Origin: Candidatus Uhrbacteria bacterium
GTDB taxonomy: Bacteria > Patescibacteriota > Patescibacteriia > JACQRZ01
DNA: 54,266 nt
Direction of reading: 5' to 3'
Assembly: GCA_016206155.1 (NCBI GenBank)
Contig: JACQSC010000001.1
Location: 71,105 to 125,370, forward strand
In this document: positions 38,975 to 48,838 of the stretch, piece after piece
Layout of the letters: every line of letters begins with the position of its first letter
How positions within the stretch are numbered: the stretch's first letter is position 1
Program-made: the position numbers and the translations under genes
The notes under the pieces: model-generated
What the model saw: only the letters and a program-made list of their open reading frames with translations
Databases searched by the model: none
Told to the model about the DNA's origin: nothing

Positions 38975-40414
38975 TTACTGTATGGGAGCGATCTCAGACT
39001 GTTGAGCGGTTTGCGCAAGTGATGGCGGGAGGTCGGTGCCCAGAATAATAAGAAAGTCCGCGCCGGAGACCGAGTCGAGCTCCGGAGAATACGGATCATA
39101 AATACTTTCTCCCCTGAGGGTGTCTGCCAGGAATTTTTTTGTCAATGGTTTGTTGCCTTGTGAAAGATCGAAAACAAGTGTTTTTTGGTAGGTTCGCTCG
39201 CGGGCATTTTCGACCGATGCAACCGTAAACTCGTATCGCTTCAAAAGCGCGGCTGTTTTGTTTCCGATGCCATCAAGCGTAGTGCCGTTGCGGATAATAA
39301 CCGTGCTATCCTTGCCGATGGTGCGCATGTCGTCGTCGGGATATTCGGTAAAAATCCGTTGAACTTTCGCCTGAAGCGTCCCAAAGCTGCTATCGCGCGG
39401 GCGTAAGACATAGGCGCCGTCAATCATCTCAGAGACCAGGAGACCATTGACGTCATCATCAAAGACAACCGAAACGATATCGCGATCATCTACTTTCCGC
39501 AAAGCATTTCCCATGGCAAGCAACTGCCACACTTCCATGTTTGTAGATATATTTTCTTTCAGTGTGCCAAGAATCTCGCCTACCTTCTGAGGACGGAAAA
39601 AAAGAGTTGTGGAGAACATCTTTTCCTTTACTGCCGTTATGATTTTTTGCTGCCGGCGGCTTCGCGCAAAATCAGATCCTTCATTGTTGTTTAGGCTGTG
39701 GCGCGAACGGACATACATCAGCGCGCGCTGGCCATCCATTGTTTGCGGTCCGGCGTCAAAAGATATCGTCTGATATTTTTTATCAAGCGTGGGATATTTA
39801 TAGTCGGTAAAACTATTGTCAACCGTAATAGGGATACCGCCAAGAATGTCGACAATATCGGCAAAGCCCTGGAAATCGACGCGAACAAAATAGGGGATCG
39901 AGACGCCAAGGACCTGTTCCACGGTCTTTCGCGCAAACTCGCCGCCATATCCTTCTTGGATCGTCTCGCCAAAGGCGTTTGCGTTGTTTATTTTTCGCCA
40001 GCCATAGCCATCGATTGGTATCAGAAGGTCGCGTGGGATGGAAAAAAAGGCAACGCGTCCGGTTTTTGGCACGATGCTTGCAAGCATAATGGTGTCGGTA
40101 AGGTCTGCGCCCTCATGATTTCCGCCGCCGATGCCAAGAAGGAGCACATTAACGCGACCGTCATCAGAAACGATATCATTGTTTGCGTTCTCGGCAAGGC
40201 CGCGAAGAGGGGGAATGCTGGTGAGCGCATTCCATGTTTGAGAAAGCGCCGACCCTTCATCTTGCGCAGTTTGATATGAGAATACCGCGGTTCCTCCAAG
40301 CAAAAGAAAAAAGATCGAGCAAGCGGTGAGGATTTTTGGAAGAGGGGAGCGGTAGGTTTGGTATGCGGGAAGGATGGTCGGCTTTTTGATCAGGTTAATG
40401 GGTGAATGTTCCAT
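38975..40414 (-). CDS. LCP (LytR-CpsA-Psr) protein with a LytR_C domain
   Basis: N.LLLG, TDTIM, SIPRD, KIN.A, VRSRH, SDFARSRRQQ, NGT...G; ATG at 40414. Confidence 0.92.
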   Translation of the reverse strand: MEHSPINLIKKPTILPAYQTYRSPLPKILTACSIFFLLLGGTAVFSYQTAQDEGSALSQTWNALTSIPPLRGLAENANNDIVSDDGRVNVLLLGIGGGNHEGADLTDTIMLASIVPKTGRVAFFSIPRDLLIPIDGYGWRKINNANAFGETIQEGYGGEFARKTVEQVLGVSIPYFVRVDFQGFADIVDILGGIPITVDNSFTDYKYPTLDKKYQTISFDAGPQTMDGQRALMYVRSRHSLNNNEGSDFARSRRQQKIITAVKEKMFSTTLFFRPQKVGEILGTLKENISTNMEVWQLLAMGNALRKVDDRDIVSVVFDDDVNGLLVSEMIDGAYVLRPRDSSFGTLQAKVQRIFTEYPDDDMRTIGKDSTVIIRNGTTLDGIGNKTAALLKRYEFTVASVENARERTYQKTLVFDLSQGNKPLTKKFLADTLRGESIYDPYSPELDSVSGADFLIILGTDLPPSLAQTAQQSEIAPIQ

Positions 40415-40530
40415 AAAAAAACAATGCTCTCGTGAATTGACAGCTGATATGGGTGAGTATACACTAGTGATGCGCGCGACACAAGAGCGAGCACCCTTCT
40501 TACTCAGTTTGTTAGAGAATTGCGTTTTCA

Positions 40531-40649
40531 CCCCGTTAGAAATTTTGGGCGTTTAGCTCAGCTGGTTAGAGCGTTGCGTTCACATCGCAAAGGTCACAGG
40601 TTCGAGTCCTGTAACGCCCACCAAACGAGCCAATACATTTCTAACGGGG
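40531..40649. mobile_element. MITE-like unit with 13-bp terminal inverted repeats enclosing tRNA-Val
   Basis: CCCCGTTAGAAAT (40531-40543) / ATTTCTAACGGGG (40637-40649). Confidence 0.5.
40547..40623 (+). tRNA. tRNA-Val(CAC)
   Basis: Full cloverleaf: GGGCGTT/AACGCCC acceptor, TTGCG-TTCACAT-CGCAA anticodon arm, TTCGAGT T-loop, encoded CCA. Confidence 0.96.
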
Positions 40650-40789
40650 CATGTCGCAAAGGTCACTGGTTCGAGTCCAGTTGGGTGCATAGAGATTTGT
40701 AACGGGGCAGGTCGCAAAGTTTATCCGCTAGTTTCTTTGATCCAGATTTTCAAAAAACCTATATCCATTACAGCATGTTGTATTTATTA

Positions 40790-40842
40790 TTTTGTCCAGT
40801 ATAATATGTGTATTGGACAAAATTGGTATTTTTTGTCCAATA
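40790..40842. promoter_or_regulatory. Operator-like inverted repeats upstream of the AAA ATPase
   Basis: TATTGGACAAAA-N8-TTTTGTCCAATA (40811-40842) plus a third half-site TTTTGTCCAGTA (40790-40801). Confidence 0.55.
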
Positions 40843-40855
40843 TAAGCAAAATAGT

Positions 40856-42133
40856 ATGCTTAAAAACATAGTTTTTGATCAAAAACTGCAAAAAGAGGAA
40901 CTTTTATCTTTTCAGTACATAGCGCGAACCAAAGAGCCATTTGCTAAAAAATGGTTTGATTCAAGTTTGATTAAAGTAGTTCTGGGTCCCAGACGAGCAG
41001 GAAAGTCTATTTTTTCTCTCATGCTTTTAAGAGATCGGCCATTTATGTACTTCAATTTTGATGATGAGGTAGTTGCGGGCATGAGCGGTATAGTTCCCAA
41101 TGAGCTTATGAAGGAATTGCATGCCGTCTACGGCCCTGAAAAGACCGTTCTTTTTGATGAAATACAGAACCTTCCGAATTGGGAGCTGTTTGTCAATCGT
41201 TTGCATAGAGCGGGCTACAATCTTGTGCTTACCGGATCGAACGCACGGTTGCTTTCGCAAGAACTGGCAACGCATCTGACTGGAAGGCATATGCCCATAG
41301 AAATAATGCCATTCAATTTTGATGAATTTCTTAAGGCAAAAAAATTCACACTAGATCCGCAATACGCCTCCTTGCCACAAAAGCGAGGTGAGCTTTTGAT
41401 GCTTATGGATGATTTTTTATTGCGCGGCGGGTTTCCGGAGGTTGTCATCAGTAATCTTAGCGCACATGATTATCTCGAGGTGCTGTTTGACGCTCTGCTT
41501 TTCAAAGATGTGGTTAAAAGGCATAGAGTTAAATTTTCGACCCAAATAGCAAATTTGGGCGGACATTTAATAAACAATTTTGCCAGTTTGTATACGGTGC
41601 GCAAGCTGCTCGAGGTTTTGAATTTAAAGAGCGCCTCTACTACGGAAAAGTACATAAGTTATCTAGAAGAAGCATATCTTGTTTTTTCATTGCTTCGGTA
41701 TTCCCCGAAATCCGTGCAACGCATAAAGTCTCCTCGCAAGGTCTATGCCGTGGATAATGGTTTTGTAAGCGCCAAAGCAATTCAACATTCTCCGGACAAG
41801 GGTAAGCTCATGGAAAATCTTGTTTTTACAGAGCTTGTCAAGCGAGGACAAAAACCGAACAGAGATTTGTTTTATTATAAGACGCGAAATAATCGCGAGG
41901 TTGATTTCGTTTTAAAAAATGGAACAGATGTTATAGAACTCATACAAGTTTGTTACGAATCGATGCGTTCAGATGTAGAGCAGCGGGAAACAAAGGCTTT
42001 GGCTGAGGCGGGTGGCGAGTTGAACGTACAAAAACTCACGGTGCTTACATGGGACGAGAAGAGGGAAATAAAAAAAGACGGCAACGTCATACGAGTTACG
42101 CCCCTCTGGGGATGGCTGCTTGATAAGAATTAG
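40856..42133 (+). CDS. AAA_14 ATPase with a DUF4143 C-terminal domain
   Basis: GPRRAGKS, FDEIQ, LTGSN, GGFPE, K.Y.VDNG, EN.V, EVDF....IQV. Confidence 0.9.
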   Translation: MLKNIVFDQKLQKEELLSFQYIARTKEPFAKKWFDSSLIKVVLGPRRAGKSIFSLMLLRDRPFMYFNFDDEVVAGMSGIVPNELMKELHAVYGPEKTVLFDEIQNLPNWELFVNRLHRAGYNLVLTGSNARLLSQELATHLTGRHMPIEIMPFNFDEFLKAKKFTLDPQYASLPQKRGELLMLMDDFLLRGGFPEVVISNLSAHDYLEVLFDALLFKDVVKRHRVKFSTQIANLGGHLINNFASLYTVRKLLEVLNLKSASTTEKYISYLEEAYLVFSLLRYSPKSVQRIKSPRKVYAVDNGFVSAKAIQHSPDKGKLMENLVFTELVKRGQKPNRDLFYYKTRNNREVDFVLKNGTDVIELIQVCYESMRSDVEQRETKALAEAGGELNVQKLTVLTWDEKREIKKDGNVIRVTPLWGWLLDKN

Positions 42134-42135
42134 CT

Positions 42136-43089
42136 ATGAAAATATTTATCACGGGCGCGGCAGGGTATATCGGCGTGATGCTTGCGGAACGATTCGCAGA
42201 GCGTGACGATATCGAGGAGATAGTTTGCCTTGACAAGAATCCGATCACGCCCGAACTGTTAGCGCTTCCCAAGATTCTCTATCTGCGCGCAAACACATCA
42301 GATGACACATGGCAGGGAATCGCCGCGGAGCGCAAGCCCGATGTTGTCATTCACTGTGCGTGGCAGATTCGGGAGTTTTATTTTAGGAAAAAGCTTCATC
42401 ATGCGTGGAATATCTGTGGCTCGCGCAATGTCTTTGCGTTTGCTCTCTCTTGTGCACGACATCTGATTTATCTCTCATCTGTTGCGGTGTACGGAGCATA
42501 TTCCGATAACCGTGTCGATAGGCCATTTACCGAAGAGGATCCTATGCGTGAAGACGAATATCTCTACGGTGTTCAAAAAAAACAGTCGGAGCAGGATCTT
42601 TATGATATCTGCCAAAAATCCCTATCGCCAATATGCGCTACGGTGTTGCGCATTTGCTCTGTGGCCGGTCCGCGATACAAAAGAGCCAAAAAGGGATTTA
42701 CTTTGCAAAATTTGCTTGCGCTCCTTCCATTTATTCCTATTGCAAATCAGGAGTGGGGGAGACAGTTCGTGCATGAGGAGGATCTTATGGGAATTATTGA
42801 CAATGTCGCCAACGAGCCCCCTCAGAGCGCCCATCGCGTGTTTAATGTTGCCCCGCCGATGTATCTGCGAGCCAGTGAAATTGTGCACGCATATGGCAAG
42901 CGAGCATTTCATGTGCCAAAAGAACTTGTTCGTCTTGGATTTTTTGTTCTCCGCCATCTCTCGCTTGGCCGCCTGCCCACCTCCCGTGGCGGCTGGCGGT
43001 TTTATGTGTATCCGGTTGCCGTGGACGGGGGGGCGATAAAAGGCATGCTTGGCAATAATTTTATCCAGTCTATTCTCTATAATAGGTAG
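42136..43089 (+). CDS. NAD-dependent epimerase/dehydratase
   Basis: ITGAAGYIG, SS.AVYG, YG.QK. Confidence 0.85.
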   Translation: MKIFITGAAGYIGVMLAERFAERDDIEEIVCLDKNPITPELLALPKILYLRANTSDDTWQGIAAERKPDVVIHCAWQIREFYFRKKLHHAWNICGSRNVFAFALSCARHLIYLSSVAVYGAYSDNRVDRPFTEEDPMREDEYLYGVQKKQSEQDLYDICQKSLSPICATVLRICSVAGPRYKRAKKGFTLQNLLALLPFIPIANQEWGRQFVHEEDLMGIIDNVANEPPQSAHRVFNVAPPMYLRASEIVHAYGKRAFHVPKELVRLGFFVLRHLSLGRLPTSRGGWRFYVYPVAVDGGAIKGMLGNNFIQSILYNR

Positions 43090-43154
43090 AATTATAGAAT
43101 TTTATCGATTATGCAAGAAAAAATGGATAAAAATGAACAAAAAAATGATACAGT

Positions 43155-43961
43155 ATGGGACACTTATGTATCGTGAACGCTTATAAAAAATACCTTCATT
43201 ATCGTGAGCTGATCTGGAGCTTTGTTCGGCGGGATATCAACGCGCGATACAGGGGGACGATCATGGGGGTTTTTTGGTCTGTCATTCATCCGCTCGCGAC
43301 ATTTTCAGTTTACTTGCTGGTGTTTGGATTTTTTCTCAAGATACGCATGCCGCAGAGTACATCAGTGCTGGATTTTGCTCTCTACTTCAGCGCGGGATAT
43401 TTTCCGTGGGTTTTTTTCAGCAACGCTGTTACGCGAGCGGCAACCTGCATCGTTGACAATAGAAACTACATCAAAAAGGTAGCCTTCCCATCTGAGATTT
43501 TCCCCTTTTCACTTATGCTTTCAGAAGGCGTCTCGCTTTTGATAAGCATTACGATTGTGGTGATATTTTCAATCTCTGTCCATGGATTTTCATTTTTACT
43601 TCTTTTGCTCCCAATCGTTATTCTCTTGGAAATGATTTTTGTTCTCTCGTGCGTCCTGCTCGCCTCGGCAATAACGGTTTTTTTTCGAGATATTCCCCAG
43701 CTTCTCAATTCGGTTTTTATGGTGTGGTTTTGGCTGACTCCTATTGCCTATACCGTCGATCTGATCCCAAAGAAGCTCGAGATTCTTGTCTTTGCAAATC
43801 CGATGCATCACGTCCTTGCATTATATCGCTCCATGCTGTTAAATAGCAGCATGCCGAACATGAAAGTGCTGTTGTTATTCACGCTATTTTCACTCACGTT
43901 GTTATATGTTTCGCTGTTGATTTTTCAGAGAGCAAAGCGACATTTCAGTGATTTACTATGA
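43155..43961 (+). CDS. wzm: Polysaccharide ABC transporter permease
   Basis: RD..ARYRGT..G.FW..I.PL, IKKV.FP, FRDI, WLTPIAY, NPM. Confidence 0.92.
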   Translation: MGHLCIVNAYKKYLHYRELIWSFVRRDINARYRGTIMGVFWSVIHPLATFSVYLLVFGFFLKIRMPQSTSVLDFALYFSAGYFPWVFFSNAVTRAATCIVDNRNYIKKVAFPSEIFPFSLMLSEGVSLLISITIVVIFSISVHGFSFLLLLLPIVILLEMIFVLSCVLLASAITVFFRDIPQLLNSVFMVWFWLTPIAYTVDLIPKKLEILVFANPMHHVLALYRSMLLNSSMPNMKVLLLFTLFSLTLLYVSLLIFQRAKRHFSDLL

Positions 43962-45937
43962 ATGCAATTGAAGTTCGTAATCTTTCAAAAAAGTTTGTCT
44001 ACTATCCCTCGCAGCGTGATCGATTATTTGACATGGTATCGGGAGGTAGAACAAAAAAAGGGAATGACTTCTGGGCGTTAAAGGATATTAGTTTTGAGGT
44101 GCCAAAAGGTACAACTTTCGGCATTATTGGACAAAATGGATCTGGAAAAAGTACATTATTAAGCATTCTTGCCGGTGTTCTCCGGCCAACATCGGGATCA
44201 TATACCGTTAATGGAAAAGTGGCTGCAATTTTAGAACTTGGTTCCGGATTTCATCATGAGTTTACCGGGCGAGAGAATGTGTATATGTATGGAGCGATAC
44301 TTGGTCTATCGCGAGCAGAGATCGGTAGTCGTTTTGATGACATCATAGATTTTTCCGAACTCCATGAATTTATCGATCGACCGTTATATACCTATTCTTC
44401 CGGCATGGTTGTTCGGCTCGCTTTTTCTGTTGCCGTCAACGTTGACGCGGATATATTGATTATCGATGAAGCGCTGGCTGTTGGGGATGCGCTGTTTCAG
44501 CATAGATGCTTTTTGAAAATTCAAGCGCTTCAAGCGGCCGGGAAATCTATTTTATATGTTGGTCATGACATAGAAACACTTCGCAGTATATGTAACGCCG
44601 CGCTTCTTCTTGATGGAGGAAAAATAATCCGACAGGGGCACACAGCGAACGATGTCGTTAATTTTTACGCAGCTCTTATTAAAGAACGCGAACAACAGTA
44701 TAGAGAAAAATCGGCAAGCCCGAAAAAAAATATTTACAACGGCGCGTTCATTGCAGACAATGAACACCATGCTAAAAAAAGGGGTATACGATTTGGCACA
44801 AAAGATGTTGAAATTCAAAACATAGAGATGCTGGGTAATGGACTTCAGCCAAAAAATAATTTTCAATCAGGTGAAAATGTTCATATACGAATATCGTTAC
44901 GATCTAACAAAGATATTGAAAGCGGGTTAAATATAGGGTTTGTCGTCAGGAGTAACTATGGAGAGGTCTACGGCATAAACACACATTGGCTCAAGGTAGA
45001 CGTCACGCCAAAAAGATGCGGTGATACATTTGAGGTCGAATTTGTTCAAAAATTGAATCTTGGAGCAGGCATGTATACGTTATCACCAATTGTTGCCTAC
45101 AAATATTCAGCAGATGACGAGGCGCCACTGGATTGGCTGAATGACTGGTTTACGTTCACTATACAATCAAATGATATTTTTCTTGGGTGCGCCAATCTGC
45201 AATCGAGCGTTTCTGTTTCTGGTCAGACAATGCCGCAAATCATGAATACGGATGAGTTAGCAACATGCCATAGAAATGTTTTATCATTGTATGGCGCTTC
45301 GGGAATAGCCGCGCGCATACTTGAACAATGGTCAATTCCAGTATCGGATTATGAAATACTTGCTAATGGAATTCACGAAAAAAAACCTGCAAAAATTTTG
45401 GAAATAGGAACATTCGTAGGTGTGTCGACATTTCTCATGTCTGCGCTTCTTGATGATACGCAACACATATATTCTATAGATCCAAATCTTTTACTGATCG
45501 ATGAAATTGAAGCTGTTGATGGCGCGCAGGAGCTTCTCCCACGGTCAATTCGAACTCAAGATATTGCAAGAGCGGTAAAAAACAGGCATTTTGCCGAAAA
45601 GAATATAGATTTTCTTGAAGGCTGTTTAAATTATGATTCATCTTATAGCCAGGTAGGCGGTATTCGAAAACTACTTCCCGACCTGCTGGACCAGAAGGTA
45701 ACATTTGATTTTATTTTTATCGATGGCCTTCATTTTACAGATGCTGTTTTATCAGATCTTTGTGCCTCCGTTAAAATTCTCGCAAAAGAAGGTGTTATTT
45801 TTCTCCATGACGGAAGGGGAAGATGGGCCGAAGAGGTGTTGTTTGGGGTTTGCAAGTTTATCGAGAAGCATCAACACTATGAATTGACCCGTTTTCCGGA
45901 TAGCTCCATTGTGAAATTACGAAATACGTATGAATGA
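43958..45937 (+). CDS. wzt: Wzt ABC ATPase with Wzt_C and a fused class I methyltransferase domain
   Basis: GQNGSGKST, YSSGM..RL.F, IIDEALAVGD; RFG-initiated Wzt_C; LEIGTFVG.S and IFIDG.H. Confidence 0.9.
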   Translation: MNAIEVRNLSKKFVYYPSQRDRLFDMVSGGRTKKGNDFWALKDISFEVPKGTTFGIIGQNGSGKSTLLSILAGVLRPTSGSYTVNGKVAAILELGSGFHHEFTGRENVYMYGAILGLSRAEIGSRFDDIIDFSELHEFIDRPLYTYSSGMVVRLAFSVAVNVDADILIIDEALAVGDALFQHRCFLKIQALQAAGKSILYVGHDIETLRSICNAALLLDGGKIIRQGHTANDVVNFYAALIKEREQQYREKSASPKKNIYNGAFIADNEHHAKKRGIRFGTKDVEIQNIEMLGNGLQPKNNFQSGENVHIRISLRSNKDIESGLNIGFVVRSNYGEVYGINTHWLKVDVTPKRCGDTFEVEFVQKLNLGAGMYTLSPIVAYKYSADDEAPLDWLNDWFTFTIQSNDIFLGCANLQSSVSVSGQTMPQIMNTDELATCHRNVLSLYGASGIAARILEQWSIPVSDYEILANGIHEKKPAKILEIGTFVGVSTFLMSALLDDTQHIYSIDPNLLLIDEIEAVDGAQELLPRSIRTQDIARAVKNRHFAEKNIDFLEGCLNYDSSYSQVGGIRKLLPDLLDQKVTFDFIFIDGLHFTDAVLSDLCASVKILAKEGVIFLHDGRGRWAEEVLFGVCKFIEKHQHYELTRFPDSSIVKLRNTYE

Positions 45938-46754
45938 TTTCTCGCGATCGGATTACGATAAGGTGTTTTTTGATTCAATAAAAGACGGATCACTATCTTC
46001 GGCAAAAATAATTGTTCCAAAGATAATTGATGTATTTCAACCAAAGAACGTGATTGATGTTGGATGTGGTACCGGATCATGGCTTTCAGTGTTTGAAGCC
46101 GCGGGCATCGATATTTTTGGTGTTGACGGAGGTTCCATTGACGAGAGTCAGTTACTGATACCGAGGGATAAGTATGTATCAATGGATGTGTCATCAGATA
46201 TTCATTTTGATCGTACATTTGATATAGCCCTTTGTTTAGAAGTTGCTGAACATCTTCCACCCGAGAAGTCGGAAAAGTTTATAGGTTTTCTTGCGTCGTT
46301 AGCTCCTATTGTAATTTTTTCCGCCGCTATTCCCGGGCAAGGGGGAACAAACCATATCAACGAGCAATGGCCCATATATTGGATCGAACTATTTAGCGCT
46401 CATTCATTCGATGTGCTTGATATTTTTAGAACTATTTTTTGGGATAATCAGGATATTGAGCCGTGGTATCGTCAAAATCTCTTTGCTTTTGTTAGCAAGA
46501 AATACCCTCATTTTTCTCATAATCATCCAGCAAGTGGTCAGATTTCTGCACTTGTTCATCCAGAAATTTTTTCTCGACGCGTAGATTCGATCATCACGGA
46601 AAAAGATTCGATCATCACGGAAAAAGATTCTATCATCACGGAAAAAGATTCGATCATCGCTAATTGCAATGCGCATCTTGACTACATCGCTCATTCATTT
46701 TCATGGAAGGTCACAAAGCCGCTAAGATATTTGAAGAGATTGACGCGATTGTGA
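45930..46754 (+). CDS. SAM-dependent methyltransferase with a coiled-coil tail
   Basis: IDVGCGTG.W, CLEVAEHL, FSAA.PGQGG..HINEQ; (DSIITEK)n then SWKVTKPLR. Confidence 0.88.
   Translation: MNDFSRSDYDKVFFDSIKDGSLSSAKIIVPKIIDVFQPKNVIDVGCGTGSWLSVFEAAGIDIFGVDGGSIDESQLLIPRDKYVSMDVSSDIHFDRTFDIALCLEVAEHLPPEKSEKFIGFLASLAPIVIFSAAIPGQGGTNHINEQWPIYWIELFSAHSFDVLDIFRTIFWDNQDIEPWYRQNLFAFVSKKYPHFSHNHPASGQISALVHPEIFSRRVDSIITEKDSIITEKDSIITEKDSIIANCNAHLDYIAHSFSWKVTKPLRYLKRLTRL
46583..46658 (+). repeat. 21-bp coding tandem repeat, about 3.6 copies
   Basis: AGATTCGATCATCACGGAAAA units encoding DSIITEK. Confidence 0.9.
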
Positions 46755-46765
46755 ACAGAAATTTT

Positions 46766-48835
46766 ATGGCTCAAAAAGATGAAAAGGACTTATTTTTTTC
46801 CATCGCAATTGCATCCGCCGGTGAATTGCCCGCTATAGGAAATACGGTAGCGCTAGACCTGTCTGAAAGAGCTTTAAAGGCTAGAGATGAGCAGATTGGC
46901 CGTCTAGAATTGGAGGTAGTAGAACTAAAAAAACAGATTCAGTCAACAGCAATAGAACTAGTACAAATTAAGAAAACAATTCACTGGAAAATATCAACGG
47001 CATATGTTTTTTTTGATTACCTGTTTCCACGCAATTCAAAAAGGCGAGCTGCGGTTTTATCATTTATTTTTTTTATAAAAAAAAACATCCATTTTGTGCA
47101 GAATTTATTTCGGAAAAATAGTAGGAAAAATTTACACCAAGACGAACCAGTCAAGGGAGGCGTTGCGATTTATATTGGTTCGAACAGTCAGCAATGTCTG
47201 GGTGAGGTTGCAGAGTTATTGCGCTGTGGGTTTGAAGAAATAGGCATGAATGTTAGATGCGGGAACGAAAAATTGGGATTTTTTGATGATGTGGAATGGC
47301 ACATAATTATAGCGGCTTGCGAATTTTTTTTCAATACCCCAGAGGGCCAGGGATTAGCAGAAAAATTGCCAAGAAATTCCATACTTTTTATCTTAGAGCA
47401 ACCTTATTCACATTGGTATACGCAAATAGAATCATTATTCAAATTCGCCCACGCATTGTGGAGCCCGGATTATTCCACTTGCAGACTATTGGAAGCTCAA
47501 AACTATAAGCATGTCGTATTTATGCCACTCGGATATTCTGCAAAATTTAATCTGTATAAGGAAATTCCCATTCTCCCGAACAATACGTTCACGAGCTTCC
47601 TTCCCGATAGCACAAAAAAATATTCCTTTTCCCATCATCCATGGCACGAAAGACCAATTGATATAACAATTTTCTGTCACTTGACCGAAAGGAGAAACGA
47701 ATTTTTTGCGAAAAATGCCCACATATTTTCTAAATATAATTGCTATTTTGTATTCGTAAATGCCGCTAACGGATTAGTTGTTGCAAGTGATAGTCGCCCC
47801 CCGGATACGGAAACAACAAATGGCATTATTCAACGAAGCAAAATATTGATAAATATCCATAGAAGTTCATTGCAGTATTTTGAATGGCATAGGATTGTGA
47901 TGCAGGGCGTTTGGAACAAAGCGTTGATAATCAGTGAAAAATGTGAGGACGGCTTTCCCTTTCAAAATGGCAAAGACTATGTTATGTGCGAGATCGAAGA
48001 AATTGCAGATAGGGTTGATTTTTTTTTGTCACCTAAGGGTGAAGTGTCAGCCAACGAAATGACATCAAGCGCATATCGTAAATTAACGACACAGTGCCAA
48101 ATCAGTGATTTTCTAAACAAAAATATATCCACATTTTCTACTAAAAAAGCAAGAGATATTCACAAGGACGTATTGGCGATGTACAAGCATTATGGTATTG
48201 ACGAGACAATATTACGACAATGGTCAATTTTCGAGGACGATTGGGAAATTATTGATACAGAGTTGCAACAAGCAGCCAGTCTTAAAAATGTATTAGAGGT
48301 AGGCACGTTTATGGGCGTTTCTACTTTCTGCATTGCACAGCGTTTAATTAATAATGACCAGCACCTATACACCATTGATCCGAACGCATTATTGGAAACA
48401 GAGGTGCCGTCAGTTGACAAGGAGTTTGCTGGTGGGAGGTACACGTTATTAGGAAGGCCTCAGGATATTGCAAAGAATATTTTTCGAGCGACTGGTTTGA
48501 AAAGAAATATACACTTTCTTCAAGGATGTCTCGACTATCAGCGATCAAATGACGGCAGCCAGAATTTAAGGAGGTGGTCTTTAGATTTTACCAAGAAAGA
48601 AATGAAATTTGATTTTATTTTTATTGACGCAAACCATTGCGCAGATGCGGTATATTCCGATGTTAGCTCGTCGACAAAAATTCTTGCTGATGGCGGAGTA
48701 ATTCTCTTGCATGATGGAAGGGGGCGATGGGCAGAGGAAGTGTTATATGGCATCTGCAAGTTCTTAGAGGAAAATAATAATTACACCGTATCCCGTCGAT
48801 TAAATGGCACAATACTAAAGCTGGAAAGAAAATGA
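46766..48835 (+). CDS. Coiled coil + glycosyltransferase-like domain + methyltransferase
   Basis: SKILINIH...YFEWHRI..IISE (GT1_2-like); C-terminal LEVGTFMG.S, FIDANH; alternative GTG start at 46751. Confidence 0.8.
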   Translation: MAQKDEKDLFFSIAIASAGELPAIGNTVALDLSERALKARDEQIGRLELEVVELKKQIQSTAIELVQIKKTIHWKISTAYVFFDYLFPRNSKRRAAVLSFIFFIKKNIHFVQNLFRKNSRKNLHQDEPVKGGVAIYIGSNSQQCLGEVAELLRCGFEEIGMNVRCGNEKLGFFDDVEWHIIIAACEFFFNTPEGQGLAEKLPRNSILFILEQPYSHWYTQIESLFKFAHALWSPDYSTCRLLEAQNYKHVVFMPLGYSAKFNLYKEIPILPNNTFTSFLPDSTKKYSFSHHPWHERPIDITIFCHLTERRNEFFAKNAHIFSKYNCYFVFVNAANGLVVASDSRPPDTETTNGIIQRSKILINIHRSSLQYFEWHRIVMQGVWNKALIISEKCEDGFPFQNGKDYVMCEIEEIADRVDFFLSPKGEVSANEMTSSAYRKLTTQCQISDFLNKNISTFSTKKARDIHKDVLAMYKHYGIDETILRQWSIFEDDWEIIDTELQQAASLKNVLEVGTFMGVSTFCIAQRLINNDQHLYTIDPNALLETEVPSVDKEFAGGRYTLLGRPQDIAKNIFRATGLKRNIHFLQGCLDYQRSNDGSQNLRRWSLDFTKKEMKFDFIFIDANHCADAVYSDVSSSTKILADGGVILLHDGRGRWAEEVLYGICKFLEENNNYTVSRRLNGTILKLERK

Positions 48836-48838
48836 TTT

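Larger units (their letters stand above)
40491..40689 (+). pseudogene. Degenerate outer tRNA, split at the anticodon loop by the tRNA-Val-bearing insert
   Basis: 5' half GCACCC..ACTCAGTTTGTTAGAG.ATTGCG (40491-40524); 3' half CGCAA AGGTC ACTGG TTCGAGT CCAGT TGGGTGC A (40655-40689). Confidence 0.6.

Noticed and set aside
45240..48835. Duplicated methyltransferase domains or A/T-mismatched palindromes as a DGR template/variable pair
   Set aside because: No reverse transcriptase in the window, and the domain differences are not adenine-specific.
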